The notes under the pieces are model-generated. The model saw nothing but the letters and a program-made list of their open reading frames with translations. It was not told where the DNA came from and did not search any database. Below are positions 10,735-18,831 of a stretch of DNA of 64,000 bases, piece after piece; positions within the stretch are counted from its first letter, which is position 1, and every line of letters begins with the position of its first letter. Source of the stretch: a virus; the IMG/VR virus record IMGVR_UViG_3300038379_000484, positions 471 to 64,470 of that record, one strand, 5' to 3'. The position numbers and the translations under genes are program-made.

Positions 10735-11352
10735 ATGTTCGCATACCTCGGTCTCCAAAACTTCATCGCCCAACTTCAGGCGCCGCTTGCCGCGGATGAC
10801 GTCAGCCCGTCCATTCGCTTCGATAAGGTGGCGAAGCTGTGCGCGACGCTATCCAACGGCGCCCACACCTATCTCACGCTGGAGTGCCCGGGCGGATTCG
10901 AGATCGTGCGCGCCCGCTGCGAGTTCGGCGTGATCGTATTCGATCGCGGTCAGGACGGCACGAGCGCTCAGCCATTCCCAATCGGGTCGTGCCTGCGCTT
11001 CGCGTGGGTGGGCGCAGCCATCGCCGATATGGTGGAGCAGACGATGGCGTGCCCGCGGCCGTGCACGCCCGCTACGATCGTGTCCGGCGCGACCCTCCCG
11101 GACGGCGTGGCCGGTACCATCTACAGCCACCGCATCGTCATCGGCGGCACGCCGCCGTTTGCGCTCGGCGACATGGTCATCCCGCAGTGGATGATCGTCA
11201 CGCTCGACGCAGGCGAGATCCGCCTCAACGGCACACCCGACGCGCCCGGCGCATTCCCGGTGCAGATCCCGCTCCAATCCTGCGGCGAGTTGCGGGCGTT
11301 CGTCGTGGGCTGTGTCAACGTCGCCCCTGCTGACGTGCCGGTCCCGACATGA
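10735..11352 (+). CDS. putative virion protein with tail-protein-like N-domain and Ig-like C-domain, 205 aa
   Basis: EIV...RGQDGTSA motif of phage tail proteins; LPDGVAGTIYS...LNGTPDAPGAF resembles the putative Ig (He_PIG) repeat; SD AGGAG. Confidence 0.6.
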   Translation: MFAYLGLQNFIAQLQAPLAADDVSPSIRFDKVAKLCATLSNGAHTYLTLECPGGFEIVRARCEFGVIVFDRGQDGTSAQPFPIGSCLRFAWVGAAIADMVEQTMACPRPCTPATIVSGATLPDGVAGTIYSHRIVIGGTPPFALGDMVIPQWMIVTLDAGEIRLNGTPDAPGAFPVQIPLQSCGELRAFVVGCVNVAPADVPVPT

Positions 11353-11921
11353 TGTACCTGTCGCCGGAGGGCGCTGCCCTCATCCAGCACTTCGAGGACT
11401 GCAAGACCAAGGCTTACCCAGATCCTGGGAGCGAGCTTGGCCTCGAATGCAGGCGCCGACGCATCGCCATCGACGAATACGATGCCATCGTGGGCTGGGA
11501 TGCAATGGACGGCGATCCGTGGACGATCGGCTGGGGGCACACCGGCTCAGACGTCTACCCCGGGCTCTCCTGCACCAAGGACGAGGCCGACAGGTGGTTC
11601 GATGCCGACGTCTTCAGGTTCGTACACGACGTCAACAGCCTGCTCGGGGCCACGCGCGTCACGCAGAACGAGTTCGATGCACTCGTCAGCTTCGCCTACA
11701 ACTGCGGCTCTGACATTGACAGCGACGACATTGCCGAGGGTCTTGGCGATTCGACGCTTCTGCGGCTGCTGAAGAATGGCGACATCGGCGGCGCCGCGAA
11801 CGAGTTCCCGAAGTGGAACAAATCGAACGGACGCGTCACGCCCGGGCTGGTCAGGCGCAGAGCGGCCGAGAGGGCGATGTTTCTCGGTCAGGACTGGAGG
11901 GCCGCTGCGGGGATCCACTGA
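11349..11921 (+). CDS. endolysin, GH24 phage lysozyme
   Basis: HFEDC...AYPDP...WTIGWGHT, QNEFDALVSFAYNCG, FPKWNK, GLVRRRAAERAMF. Confidence 0.93.
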   Translation: MMYLSPEGAALIQHFEDCKTKAYPDPGSELGLECRRRRIAIDEYDAIVGWDAMDGDPWTIGWGHTGSDVYPGLSCTKDEADRWFDADVFRFVHDVNSLLGATRVTQNEFDALVSFAYNCGSDIDSDDIAEGLGDSTLLRLLKNGDIGGAANEFPKWNKSNGRVTPGLVRRRAAERAMFLGQDWRAAAGIH

Positions 11922-12346
11922 TGGCGTTTACTCAGTCAAAGATCGAGGCCGCTCAAGACGCGGCGAGCAAGGCTGCGAATGCGCCACCGCCTCAGACGGC
12001 GTTGGTGTCCACTGCAGACGACTACTTCGGCTTCGCTGTTAGCGCGAACGAGGTCATGCTGGTGCTGCTCGCGATCTTCGTCATCTTCCTCGCCTATCAC
12101 GGCTGGAAGGCGCAGCGCGCTCGCGCCGAGTTCAATCTCATCGATCTAATCCTCGGCGACGATGGAAAGATCAGCCCGGAGCGCTTCATCGTCATGGTCG
12201 CATTTAGCCTGCACTCGTGGACGATCCTGAAATGGATCATCACCGGCATCGTCTCGACCGCTGACTTCGTCAGCTACGGCGCGATCTGGGTGACGCCGTT
12301 GATCGTCTCGATCGTGAAGAAGCCAGCCGCGGAGAAGGCCAAGTGA
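11921..12346 (+). CDS. putative holin, 141 aa
   Basis: TGATG coupling to endolysin; 2-3 hydrophobic segments and basic C-terminus; lies between endolysin and Rz. Confidence 0.65.
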   Translation: MAFTQSKIEAAQDAASKAANAPPPQTALVSTADDYFGFAVSANEVMLVLLAIFVIFLAYHGWKAQRARAEFNLIDLILGDDGKISPERFIVMVAFSLHSWTILKWIITGIVSTADFVSYGAIWVTPLIVSIVKKPAAEKAK

Positions 12347-12816
12347 TCTGGGTCAAGCTCGCGCTCGTTGGCGGCGTGATCGCCGCCTTCCTCTACATCG
12401 TTCACGCCTACAACAGCGCGATCACAGACGCTGAGTCCGCCGAGCAGAAGCTGGAAGCCGTGACGAAGGAGAAGGACGCCGAGATCAAGAAGATCGGCGG
12501 CGAGCGCGATGGCTGGATCGACGTCGCCGCGGAGCGCGCGGCAGCAGCGCAACGCTATGAGCAGACTATTGTCGAGCGCGAGAAAGAGCGCGCCCGCCTT
12601 CAACGGGAGAGAGACGATGCCCGCACCTCGCTTGCCGAGCTTCTTCGCCGGCCCGACGTCAAACCGTGGGCTGACACTGAGCTTCCTCCTGCTGTTGCTG
12701 AGCGCTTGCGCGGCGCAGCCGGTGGTGGAGTCGCGTCCGCCGCCGCCACCACAGAAAAAGGAGCGGCCGCCGGCAAACCTGATGGTGGTGACGCCGGCGC
12801 CGGTGTTCGGCGGTAG
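12343..12816 (+). CDS. Rz: i-spanin (Rz-like)
   Basis: Single N-terminal TM helix, then coiled coil, ending in W..TELP..V; overlapped by a lipoprotein ORF. Confidence 0.85.
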   Translation: MIWVKLALVGGVIAAFLYIVHAYNSAITDAESAEQKLEAVTKEKDAEIKKIGGERDGWIDVAAERAAAAQRYEQTIVEREKERARLQRERDDARTSLAELLRRPDVKPWADTELPPAVAERLRGAAGGGVASAAATTEKGAAAGKPDGGDAGAGVRR

Positions 12817-12922
12817 GACGAACGCTGATCTTCTCAGCTACATCGACGACTGGCGCTCAGCGCTGGGGCAGTGCAACGCCAACCTCGACAGCATCAGGAC
12901 GTGGGCGGATTCGCTGAAGTAG
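12617..12922 (+). CDS. Rz1: o-spanin (Rz1-like lipoprotein), 101 aa
   Basis: Different frame overlapping the Rz 3' half; lipobox LLSAC, Pro-rich linker, TNADLL...ALGQCNANLDSIRTW. Confidence 0.85.
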   Translation: MPAPRLPSFFAGPTSNRGLTLSFLLLLLSACAAQPVVESRPPPPPQKKERPPANLMVVTPAPVFGGRTNADLLSYIDDWRSALGQCNANLDSIRTWADSLK

Positions 12923-13391
12923 CTCGATCCCAGAGCCGCATCGCGGCGAGATGCCCGATCTTCATCCGCTCGGTATCGTTGAGCTTGCGCCCAGTCTTCA
13001 GGTTCTGCGCTGCCCTCAGGACCGTCACGTAGCCGCCCTCGTGGCAGGAGAGGACGCCGGCATAGTCGAGCAGCGACTGCGCCTTGATCTCGGCCAGCGC
13101 CTTGTCGATGATCTGTGCGGGCGTGCAGATGAAGAACCGACGGATCCCGCGGTCGCGCTGATGCGTGAGGTTGTGCTTGCGCACCTTCGTAGGGTTGCGC
13201 CACTCCCGCCTGAGGTCGGCGAGCGTGCACTTGATCTCGATCTCGACGACGTGCCCGACGCCGGTGACGGCGATGAAATCCATCTCACCTCTGCTCCAGA
13301 AGCCGAGGCCGCCGTTCACGTTGGGCAGGCACAGGTGGCGCCGGTAGTCGATCCAGTGCGCGAGCGCGCGCTGAATTTCTGCCTCAGTCAA
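12894..13391 (-). CDS. PD-(D/E)xK nuclease-fold protein (MmcB-like), 165 aa
   Basis: E..IQ, EMDFIAV and EIEIKC..ADL motifs. Confidence 0.65.
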   Translation of the reverse strand: MTEAEIQRALAHWIDYRRHLCLPNVNGGLGFWSRGEMDFIAVTGVGHVVEIEIKCTLADLRREWRNPTKVRKHNLTHQRDRGIRRFFICTPAQIIDKALAEIKAQSLLDYAGVLSCHEGGYVTVLRAAQNLKTGRKLNDTERMKIGHLAAMRLWDRATSANPPTS

Positions 13392-13609
13392 ATCCTGCTC
13401 CTTCTGAGCAGTTGGTAGGCTTCATCAACCAGCGCGGCCACGGACTGCGGTGATTCGCTCACTCCCCACTCCTCGCCAGACATCATCGTGATCGACGTCA
13501 TCCCTTGTTCCAGAACGATCGACTGAATAAGAAGCGGGTTTAGGTAGCACGGGCGATTCGTGCCGAAAACTTCAAGCTCGATCATCATGGTATCGGGCCT
13601 ATCAGCCAT
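13388..13609 (-). CDS. FlbD/SwrD-like small protein, 73 aa
   Basis: YLNPLLIQSI...TSITMMSGEEWGVSESPQSVAALV matches the FlbD family pattern. Confidence 0.6.
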   Translation of the reverse strand: MADRPDTMMIELEVFGTNRPCYLNPLLIQSIVLEQGMTSITMMSGEEWGVSESPQSVAALVDEAYQLLRRSRI

Positions 13610-13627
13610 TGCGGGTACTCGCGCAGC

Positions 13628-13810
13628 CTACGCATGTTCTCCTCCGTCTGAGTCTGGAGCCTGCGACTCCTCTCCATCTCCCGGCGCCTCTCCAGCGCTC
13701 GTTTCGACTTCTTCGCTTTCCGCAGCGACGTCTTTGAAGTATGGGCAGAGCTTTTCATGGCCGATGGCGCGCCCGCACAGCGGGCAGTCGAAGTTAGGTT
13801 GTGGTGTCAT
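13628..13810 (-). CDS. small Zn-knuckle protein with acidic tail, 60 aa
   Basis: CPLC...H...C motif; part of a tightly packed leftward operon. Confidence 0.5.
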   Translation of the reverse strand: MTPQPNFDCPLCGRAIGHEKLCPYFKDVAAESEEVETSAGEAPGDGEESQAPDSDGGEHA

Positions 13811-14069
13811 CTGGGAAGCCGTAGCGCTGACGAAGCTCTCTGACGAAGCTCGCGAACAGCGGCACGAGTTGAGCAGTTACCTGCTCCATACCGCGGGTTG
13901 TCCCGGTGAGCAGAGAAGTGCACGCCCACCTGTCTATCGTGCCGAGCAGACTGAGATTGGTGCCGTCGTCAGCGAAGTAGATGAACTCGATCTGAAGCGT
14001 GCCCAACTCCGACTTCTGCCGCACCGGAGGCCCGTCTTTGCTCACGCGTACAATCGCTTTTCCGCTCAC
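13794..14069 (-). CDS. hypothetical protein, 91 aa
   Basis: GTGA overlap with the upstream stop gives the likely start (track ORF 13794..14357 is over-extended). Confidence 0.55.
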   Translation of the reverse strand: MSGKAIVRVSKDGPPVRQKSELGTLQIEFIYFADDGTNLSLLGTIDRWACTSLLTGTTRGMEQVTAQLVPLFASFVRELRQRYGFPDDTTT

Positions 14070-14482
14070 GGGCACACCCAGCCCCGCGGCGACGATGGCT
14101 CGCCCGCCCTGATGTAGCAGGAGGTGCAGAGGAAGTGGCCGTTCTCCTTGTTGTAGGTGCCTTCCTCGGCGCGCACGTAGGCGTCGACGTCCATGCCGTC
14201 CTGCTCGGCAGGCTTCAGGTACTCGTCGAGTTGGTGCGGTCGCTTCAGGCAGCCCCAGCAGATCGGCAGGCCGCTGTTCGGCGTGCCGAACGGTACCTTG
14301 CGCATCTTGTGCTCCTCCGCGTTCAGCGCTTCTTCTGGGCCGTATATGAACGCCCACCTTGACTGGTACTCCTCCAGAACCTTGGAGCGAGCCTCGGCGT
14401 AGCTCGCGACGTCAGGGATCTCGGCGTAGCAGTTCTGTAGGGGCTGCCCGAATCCGAAGGTCACGTAGAACTTATCCGCCAT
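14066..14482 (-). CDS. hypothetical protein, 138 aa, with C-terminal Cys cluster
   Basis: Coupled to neighbours; CWGC...CTSC. Confidence 0.6.
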   Translation of the reverse strand: MADKFYVTFGFGQPLQNCYAEIPDVASYAEARSKVLEEYQSRWAFIYGPEEALNAEEHKMRKVPFGTPNSGLPICWGCLKRPHQLDEYLKPAEQDGMDVDAYVRAEEGTYNKENGHFLCTSCYIRAGEPSSPRGWVCP

Positions 14483-14867
14483 AGCCGTCTCCGAGAACGA
14501 TTCCGAAGGTCTCGATGGCGTGCACCTCCACCCTCGTCATAAAGTTGTTCAACTCCGCCACATTCATCTTCGACGTCGCCGGATAGATCTGCACTTTGCG
14601 CGTGCCGAGGTCGACCACCGTCGGCTGAAGGAACAGCTTCTTGTAGCCTTCCTTCACGTTTTCGATGTTGTCACCGATCTCGTCGGCGACGAGCGAGAAC
14701 AGTAGGTGCAGGCGCGAGTTCTGCGCGAGCGTCCTGCGCTTGATGTGGCGCCTGATCGTGATGTCCCACTCGCGGCGCGCGTCGAGCTTCAGGATGACGC
14801 CGGCGATCTTCGACCGCGTGACGGCATCCTTGATGACGAACGTCCGCGGTGTGCCGACGTCGCTCAC
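14472..14867 (-). CDS. ninB: NinB/YbcN-family recombination protein
   Basis: RRTLAQNSRLH and ATSKMNVAELNNFMTRVE motifs. Confidence 0.75.
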   Translation of the reverse strand: MSDVGTPRTFVIKDAVTRSKIAGVILKLDARREWDITIRRHIKRRTLAQNSRLHLLFSLVADEIGDNIENVKEGYKKLFLQPTVVDLGTRKVQIYPATSKMNVAELNNFMTRVEVHAIETFGIVLGDGYGG

Positions 14868-15424
14868 TGCGTTGTAGACGGTGCGGGCGCGTTCGGCGGC
14901 ACGGTCAGCGTCTCCGCCACGTCAACGATCTGGTCGGCGGGAACGCCGAGACGAGCGCCAACCTCCTCCGGCGTCTCGGTGACGCGCACCTTCACATTGC
15001 CGATCTTGGCGAACGGGCGCGAGGTGTAGATGTTGGTTCCGGCCGGCTGCCCGTCGTTGGTGAACGCCGGCGCGTAGCTGAAGATGTAGCCGGCGTGGAT
15101 GCCGATCGGCACGTCACGATCCGGCGCAGCCGCCGAGAACGGGACGAGGGTGAAGATCTTGCAGGCATCGGCCATCGGCATCCGGCAAGGGAGGATCGCG
15201 CCCTGCCTGTCGCCGATCGCGTACTGGTGCAGCGCCACGATCAACTCCGTCGGCCCCATCTCGCCCGATAGAACTTTGTCGGGCGACACCGGCCAGTTGA
15301 GCGGCGCGACGAGATGAAGCAGCACGGCGCTCCCGTCCGGGATCGCGGCCCAGACCGACTGCTGCTGCAGCATCATGTAGAAGCGCGGATCTCCCATCAG
15401 CGGTACTTTGACCAACATCGCCAT
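14864..15424 (-). CDS. hypothetical protein, 186 aa
   Basis: ATG at 15424 with ACAGGAG SD and an upstream sigma70 promoter; C-terminal VRVTETPEEV resembles the FlbD motif. Confidence 0.6.
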   Translation of the reverse strand: MAMLVKVPLMGDPRFYMMLQQQSVWAAIPDGSAVLLHLVAPLNWPVSPDKVLSGEMGPTELIVALHQYAIGDRQGAILPCRMPMADACKIFTLVPFSAAAPDRDVPIGIHAGYIFSYAPAFTNDGQPAGTNIYTSRPFAKIGNVKVRVTETPEEVGARLGVPADQIVDVAETLTVPPNAPAPSTTQ

Positions 15425-15432
15425 CTCCTGTG

Positions 15433-15480
15433 TTGACAAGATCGTGGCTGGACGATAGCCTTCGTACACACGTCTGTCAA
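15433..15480. promoter_or_regulatory. overlapping divergent sigma70 promoters
   Basis: + strand TTGACA(15433)-N17-TAGCCT(15456); - strand TTGACA(15480-15475)-N17-TATCGT(15457-15452). Confidence 0.7.
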
Positions 15481-15490
15481 GGAGGGCAGA

Positions 15491-15697
15491 ATGGCTGATT
15501 ATCAAGCCACAAAACCAGATCTGGTTCAGATGCCGTGCCCGGCGTGCAATGGAACAGGAATCGTCCCCGAGCAGGTGTGCTGTCGCAAGGCGTATTACGA
15601 ATGCTTGGGCCCCGGATGTACCGGAGCCGAGGTTGAGCAGCAGACGTGCCCAACGTGCGAGGGCACTGGCGCGGTCGAAATCGTCGATGAGCCATAG
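15491..15697 (+). CDS. DnaJ-type zinc-finger small protein, 68 aa
   Basis: Two CxxCxGxG motifs (CPACNGTG, CPTCEGTG); SD GGAGG. Confidence 0.7.
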   Translation: MADYQATKPDLVQMPCPACNGTGIVPEQVCCRKAYYECLGPGCTGAEVEQQTCPTCEGTGAVEIVDEP

Positions 15698-15706
15698 GAG
15701 AAAAAC

Positions 15707-15982
15707 GTGCGAGTCAACGTCTACGCAGAGGAAATCACCAACCGCATCGAGATCGTGTCGAAGCAGATCGGCGACACCGTCTTCACCGGCGTCCGCTTCT
15801 ACCTCGAACTGCCGGTCACGCGTGGCCAGATGCAGGTGTCGGGCCCGTTCATGCACCACAGCGGCGACGACGACAGCAGCGCCGTCACGTTCTGGGGCAA
15901 GCGCGACCTCCGGGAGACGCTGAAGCTCGCCCTGGCCGCGCTCGACGACTACTACTTGCAAAACCCCGGCGTTCTCGCGTAG
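15707..15982 (+). CDS. hypothetical phage protein, 91 aa
   Basis: SD AGGAG, GTG start, coding-like GC3. Confidence 0.7.
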   Translation: MRVNVYAEEITNRIEIVSKQIGDTVFTGVRFYLELPVTRGQMQVSGPFMHHSGDDDSSAVTFWGKRDLRETLKLALAALDDYYLQNPGVLA

Positions 15983-15990
15983 ACTGTCTG

Positions 15991-16367
15991 GGTCGGCTGG
16001 GCAACCGACGGTGCGTGCGTGGCGAGAACCCCTTGATGGGGGCGATGGTAGCTCCGCCACGCGGCTACCGTGGTCTGCCCGACCCGCCTCCCTCAAGGGG
16101 TTTTCCTTTGGGCGGCGGCCGACTCGGGTGGCGAGCTATGGGCTAGATACCTTCCGCCCCACCGACACCGCGGTCATGGAAGACGAGCGGGCCGCAACGT
16201 GGATGCGAAAGGCCAGAGCGTGCTCAGGCGGGGCCCCGTCCCCGGACAGTCTGGCCGAGCCGGGTAACGTGGTGAGCCCCGGCGCCCCCTGCGACCGACC
16301 GACCGACGGCGCATTCCCGAGGGCAGCGCATGATCCTGTGGATAACTCCATAGGGGATGCTCTGCCC
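15991..16367 (+). ncRNA. candidate structured non-coding RNA / cis-regulatory leader
   Basis: 21-bp stem 16024-16044/16085-16105 closing a three-way junction; helices 16211-17/16250-56 and 16259-64/16278-83; long hairpin 16321-16367; no credible ORF; strand inferred from flanking operon. Confidence 0.45.
16336..16347 (-). promoter_or_regulatory. DnaA box (TTATCCACA) within 12-mer CTGTGGATAACT
   Basis: Perfect TGTGGATAA at 16337-16345; identical 12-mer inverted at 18191-18202. Confidence 0.6.
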
Positions 16368-16399
16368 CAACTTCGGCTCCCTCCCTCCCTCCGGCGCTG

Positions 16400-16609
16400 G
16401 TGATGTCCTCGCCGCTGACAGAAGAAACGCGACGGCAGATCGTTCGCAAGTGGTATGGCGGCGAGAAGAAGGCCGACATCGCGGCCCGCTTCCACATCAG
16501 CGTCGCGTCGATCAAGGCCATCATCGAGGCTCACGAGGCGAGAGTGTCGCTATCGTTCTCTAACGGTTACGCGCCATGGCTGCGGGCCCGCAATGGGGGT
16601 GGGGGATGA
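16400..16609 (+). CDS. small HTH DNA-binding protein, 69 aa
   Basis: KKADIAARFHISVASIKAII helix-turn-helix pattern. Confidence 0.7.
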   Translation: MMSSPLTEETRRQIVRKWYGGEKKADIAARFHISVASIKAIIEAHEARVSLSFSNGYAPWLRARNGGGG

Positions 16610-16809
16610 AACACCGCTGCGCCTACCCCGGGTGTGGGCAGACGGTGATGCCGCGCTCGCCGCTGTGTCCGCTGCACTGGGCGGCGATCGACGCTAGCGA
16701 CCGCCGCGCACTCGTGGACGCCTTCATCCACAACGGCGGCCGCGTCCGCGGCAACAGGTACCGGCGGCTGCTGGCTGCGGCTATCGCCCGGATCATGCCC
16801 AAGTGCTGA
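16606..16809 (+). CDS. small Zn-finger protein, 67 aa
   Basis: CAYPGC...CPLHW motif; ATGA coupling. Confidence 0.6.
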   Translation: MKHRCAYPGCGQTVMPRSPLCPLHWAAIDASDRRALVDAFIHNGGRVRGNRYRRLLAAAIARIMPKC

Positions 16810-17237
16810 AGCTGCCCGGGAATGCGCGCTTCCACGTCCGCGACGTCGACATCTGGCTGCTCGATCGCTTCCTCCTCGACTGCTTCCCCGGGCTGCAGTC
16901 GCTGGGGCAGGCGCTGCTCAACGTGCGCCTGTTCAGGGTCGAGCCCGGTGCCCCCACCCCTGGCGGCTTCCTTGTGCGGTGCGTCACCGGATTCGGCTGG
17001 GACACCATGCTCGACATCGCCGAAGGCCCGCGGCCGACGCTCGTGGTGGCGATCGTGCCCCAGGATCCGCGCGTGGGCGCCGTGGCTGCGTTCGCCGGCT
17101 GGTGGAAGGTGGGCGAGGGCGGGTTGCCCGCGCGCTTCCTCAGGCCGCCCGAGGAGTTCAGGATGACGTTCCGGCACCTGATCCCGAGCTACAGCCGGCG
17201 CCACCTCTACAACTGCTGGAGGAGAAGGAATGGCTGA
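16803..17237 (+). CDS. hypothetical protein, 144 aa
   Basis: Coupled within the replication operon. Confidence 0.6.
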   Translation: MLKLPGNARFHVRDVDIWLLDRFLLDCFPGLQSLGQALLNVRLFRVEPGAPTPGGFLVRCVTGFGWDTMLDIAEGPRPTLVVAIVPQDPRVGAVAAFAGWWKVGEGGLPARFLRPPEEFRMTFRHLIPSYSRRHLYNCWRRRNG

Positions 17238-17655
17238 CGTCGACATCATCGGCAGACTGGAGGGCGTGCGCCAGCACGGCGAGGGCAGGTGGACCGCGCG
17301 CTGTCCCGCCCACCCCGACAAGAGCCCGAGCCTGAGCGTGGCCTTCACCGGCGACGGCATGTGGCTGCTGCACTGCTTCGCCGGGTGCGATCCGCTGGCT
17401 ATCGTCGGTGCCTTGGGGCTCAAGCTCGACGACCTGTTCCCGGATGCCCGCCACGACAAACGCGACTCCCGCCCCGTCTCAAGGCAGCGCCACCTCACGC
17501 CCAGTCAAAGGCTCGCCCTGATCGAGCACGAGGCCCGCGTCGTCTACATCGCCGCCTGCGACATCCGCCGCGGCACCCCGCTGAGCGGGGTAGACCAGCG
17601 CAGGCTGGAGGAGGCCATCTGCAAGATCGAGGCCGTGACCGGGTATCAGCGCTGA
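17230..17655 (+). CDS. stand-alone CHC2 (primase-type) zinc-finger protein, 141 aa
   Basis: ARCPAHPDKSPSLSV...LLHCFAGC motif; no TOPRIM domain. Confidence 0.8.
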   Translation: MADVDIIGRLEGVRQHGEGRWTARCPAHPDKSPSLSVAFTGDGMWLLHCFAGCDPLAIVGALGLKLDDLFPDARHDKRDSRPVSRQRHLTPSQRLALIEHEARVVYIAACDIRRGTPLSGVDQRRLEEAICKIEAVTGYQR

Positions 17656-17662
17656 GGCTGGC

Positions 17663-17950
17663 GTGGATAGGGACGACTTCAAGAAGTACGAGGCCGAGAT
17701 CGCGGCGCTCGCGCACCACCTAGAGGCCGACATCAGCGCGGCGATACAGGTGGGGATGCCGATGCCGCTCATCGTCGATGTGCTCCTCGCCGCGCTCGCG
17801 TCGGCAGCGTCGAGGCTCGACGATGAGGCCATCGACAGGTGGTTGGACCGAGCCCCCATCGAGTTGGGGCTGCTCATGCGCGTCAACCGCGAGGTCGAGG
17901 CGAGGCGCAAGGCCGCTGATGCGATCGAGGCCGCCAAGAGACCGCTGTGA
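17663..17950 (+). CDS. hypothetical helical protein, 95 aa
   Basis: GTG start; coupled to the replication gene. Confidence 0.55.
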   Translation: MDRDDFKKYEAEIAALAHHLEADISAAIQVGMPMPLIVDVLLAALASAASRLDDEAIDRWLDRAPIELGLLMRVNREVEARRKAADAIEAAKRPL

Positions 17951-18831
17951 GCGACGACGTCGAGCTAAGCCTGCGCCAGATCCTGCTCGCGATCGACGCG
18001 CTGGCGCGCCGCGTGGAGGCGCTGGAACGCCGCCTTGAGGCGACGGAGGGCGGCGCGCAGGGGAACTTCGCCCAGCACCTGATGGCCGCCATCAGCAGCC
18101 GGCGGTTCAACCCCGAGCGCAGGATCGATCCAGGGCTTTCTGCGAAGCGGTCGGCTGCGGCTAAGCGTATGTGGGAATTGCAAAAATCAAAGTTATCCAC
18201 AGAGAAACACACAGGCCAGCCCGACCATCCACGCAGACGCAATGCAAGCAAGGTGCGTGCAAACGCATCCACAGAAGAAACAATAACTTCAGAGCAAAAT
18301 GCAAGCAACTTGCATGCACGTGCATGCAAGCCAGAGCAAAGTGCGGATGTTGGTGGCTCACCTGCTGAGCCAGTGGCGAGCCCGCCATCGGCGGCTGCGG
18401 CGAAGGTGTGGCTGGCCTACGCCGCCGCCTACAAGCTCCGGTACGGGGTGTTCCCGGTGCGCAACGCCAAGACCAACGCCTGCATCAAACACTTCGTCGG
18501 GCGCGTACCCATGGCGGAGGCGCCGGCGGTTGCCGAGTTCTACCTCGGCGACGCCGAGCCGCTGTACGTGAAGGCGGCGCACCCGCTCGAACTGCTGCTC
18601 AGGGACGCGGAGAAGCTGCGCATGGCCTGGGCGACGGGCAGGCGCGTCAACGGCCACGACGGCCCAGCCAAGCCGTGGTGGGAGGTCTGGAGCGGGATCG
18701 AGGCCATGGGCAAGGAGCTTGGGCTGGAACAGGGCGACAACCCGCAGATCTTCAGGGCGCAGGTACTGCGCGCGGCCGCCGCGGCGGGGCGACTGCCCGA
18801 GGCGGCCCAGCACAAGCTGGGGCTTGCATGA
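17947..18831 (+). CDS. lambdoid-type replication initiator protein, 294 aa
   Basis: KRSAAAKRMWE motif, low-complexity linker with AT-rich repeats (ori-like), C-terminal W.AY..AY..RYG..PVRNAK...DAEKLR..WATG. Confidence 0.7.
   Translation: MSDDVELSLRQILLAIDALARRVEALERRLEATEGGAQGNFAQHLMAAISSRRFNPERRIDPGLSAKRSAAAKRMWELQKSKLSTEKHTGQPDHPRRRNASKVRANASTEETITSEQNASNLHARACKPEQSADVGGSPAEPVASPPSAAAAKVWLAYAAAYKLRYGVFPVRNAKTNACIKHFVGRVPMAEAPAVAEFYLGDAEPLYVKAAHPLELLLRDAEKLRMAWATGRRVNGHDGPAKPWWEVWSGIEAMGKELGLEQGDNPQIFRAQVLRAAAAAGRLPEAAQHKLGLA
18191..18330. promoter_or_regulatory. putative replication origin within the initiator gene
   Basis: DnaA box 18193-18201; AATGCAAGCAA at 18241 and 18298; perfect 22-bp palindrome CTTGCATGCACGTGCATGCAAG at 18309-18330; locally AT-rich. 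Confidence 0.6.

Noticed and set aside
16011-16300. Group I/II intron or known ribozyme
   Set aside because: No domain V, catalytic core or hammerhead/HDV consensus recognisable, and no interrupted gene flanks it.
16011-16403. 130-aa ORF across the structured region
   Set aside because: No SD, low-complexity Pro/Arg/Ser translation, no coding-like third-position bias; base-pairing explains the region better.
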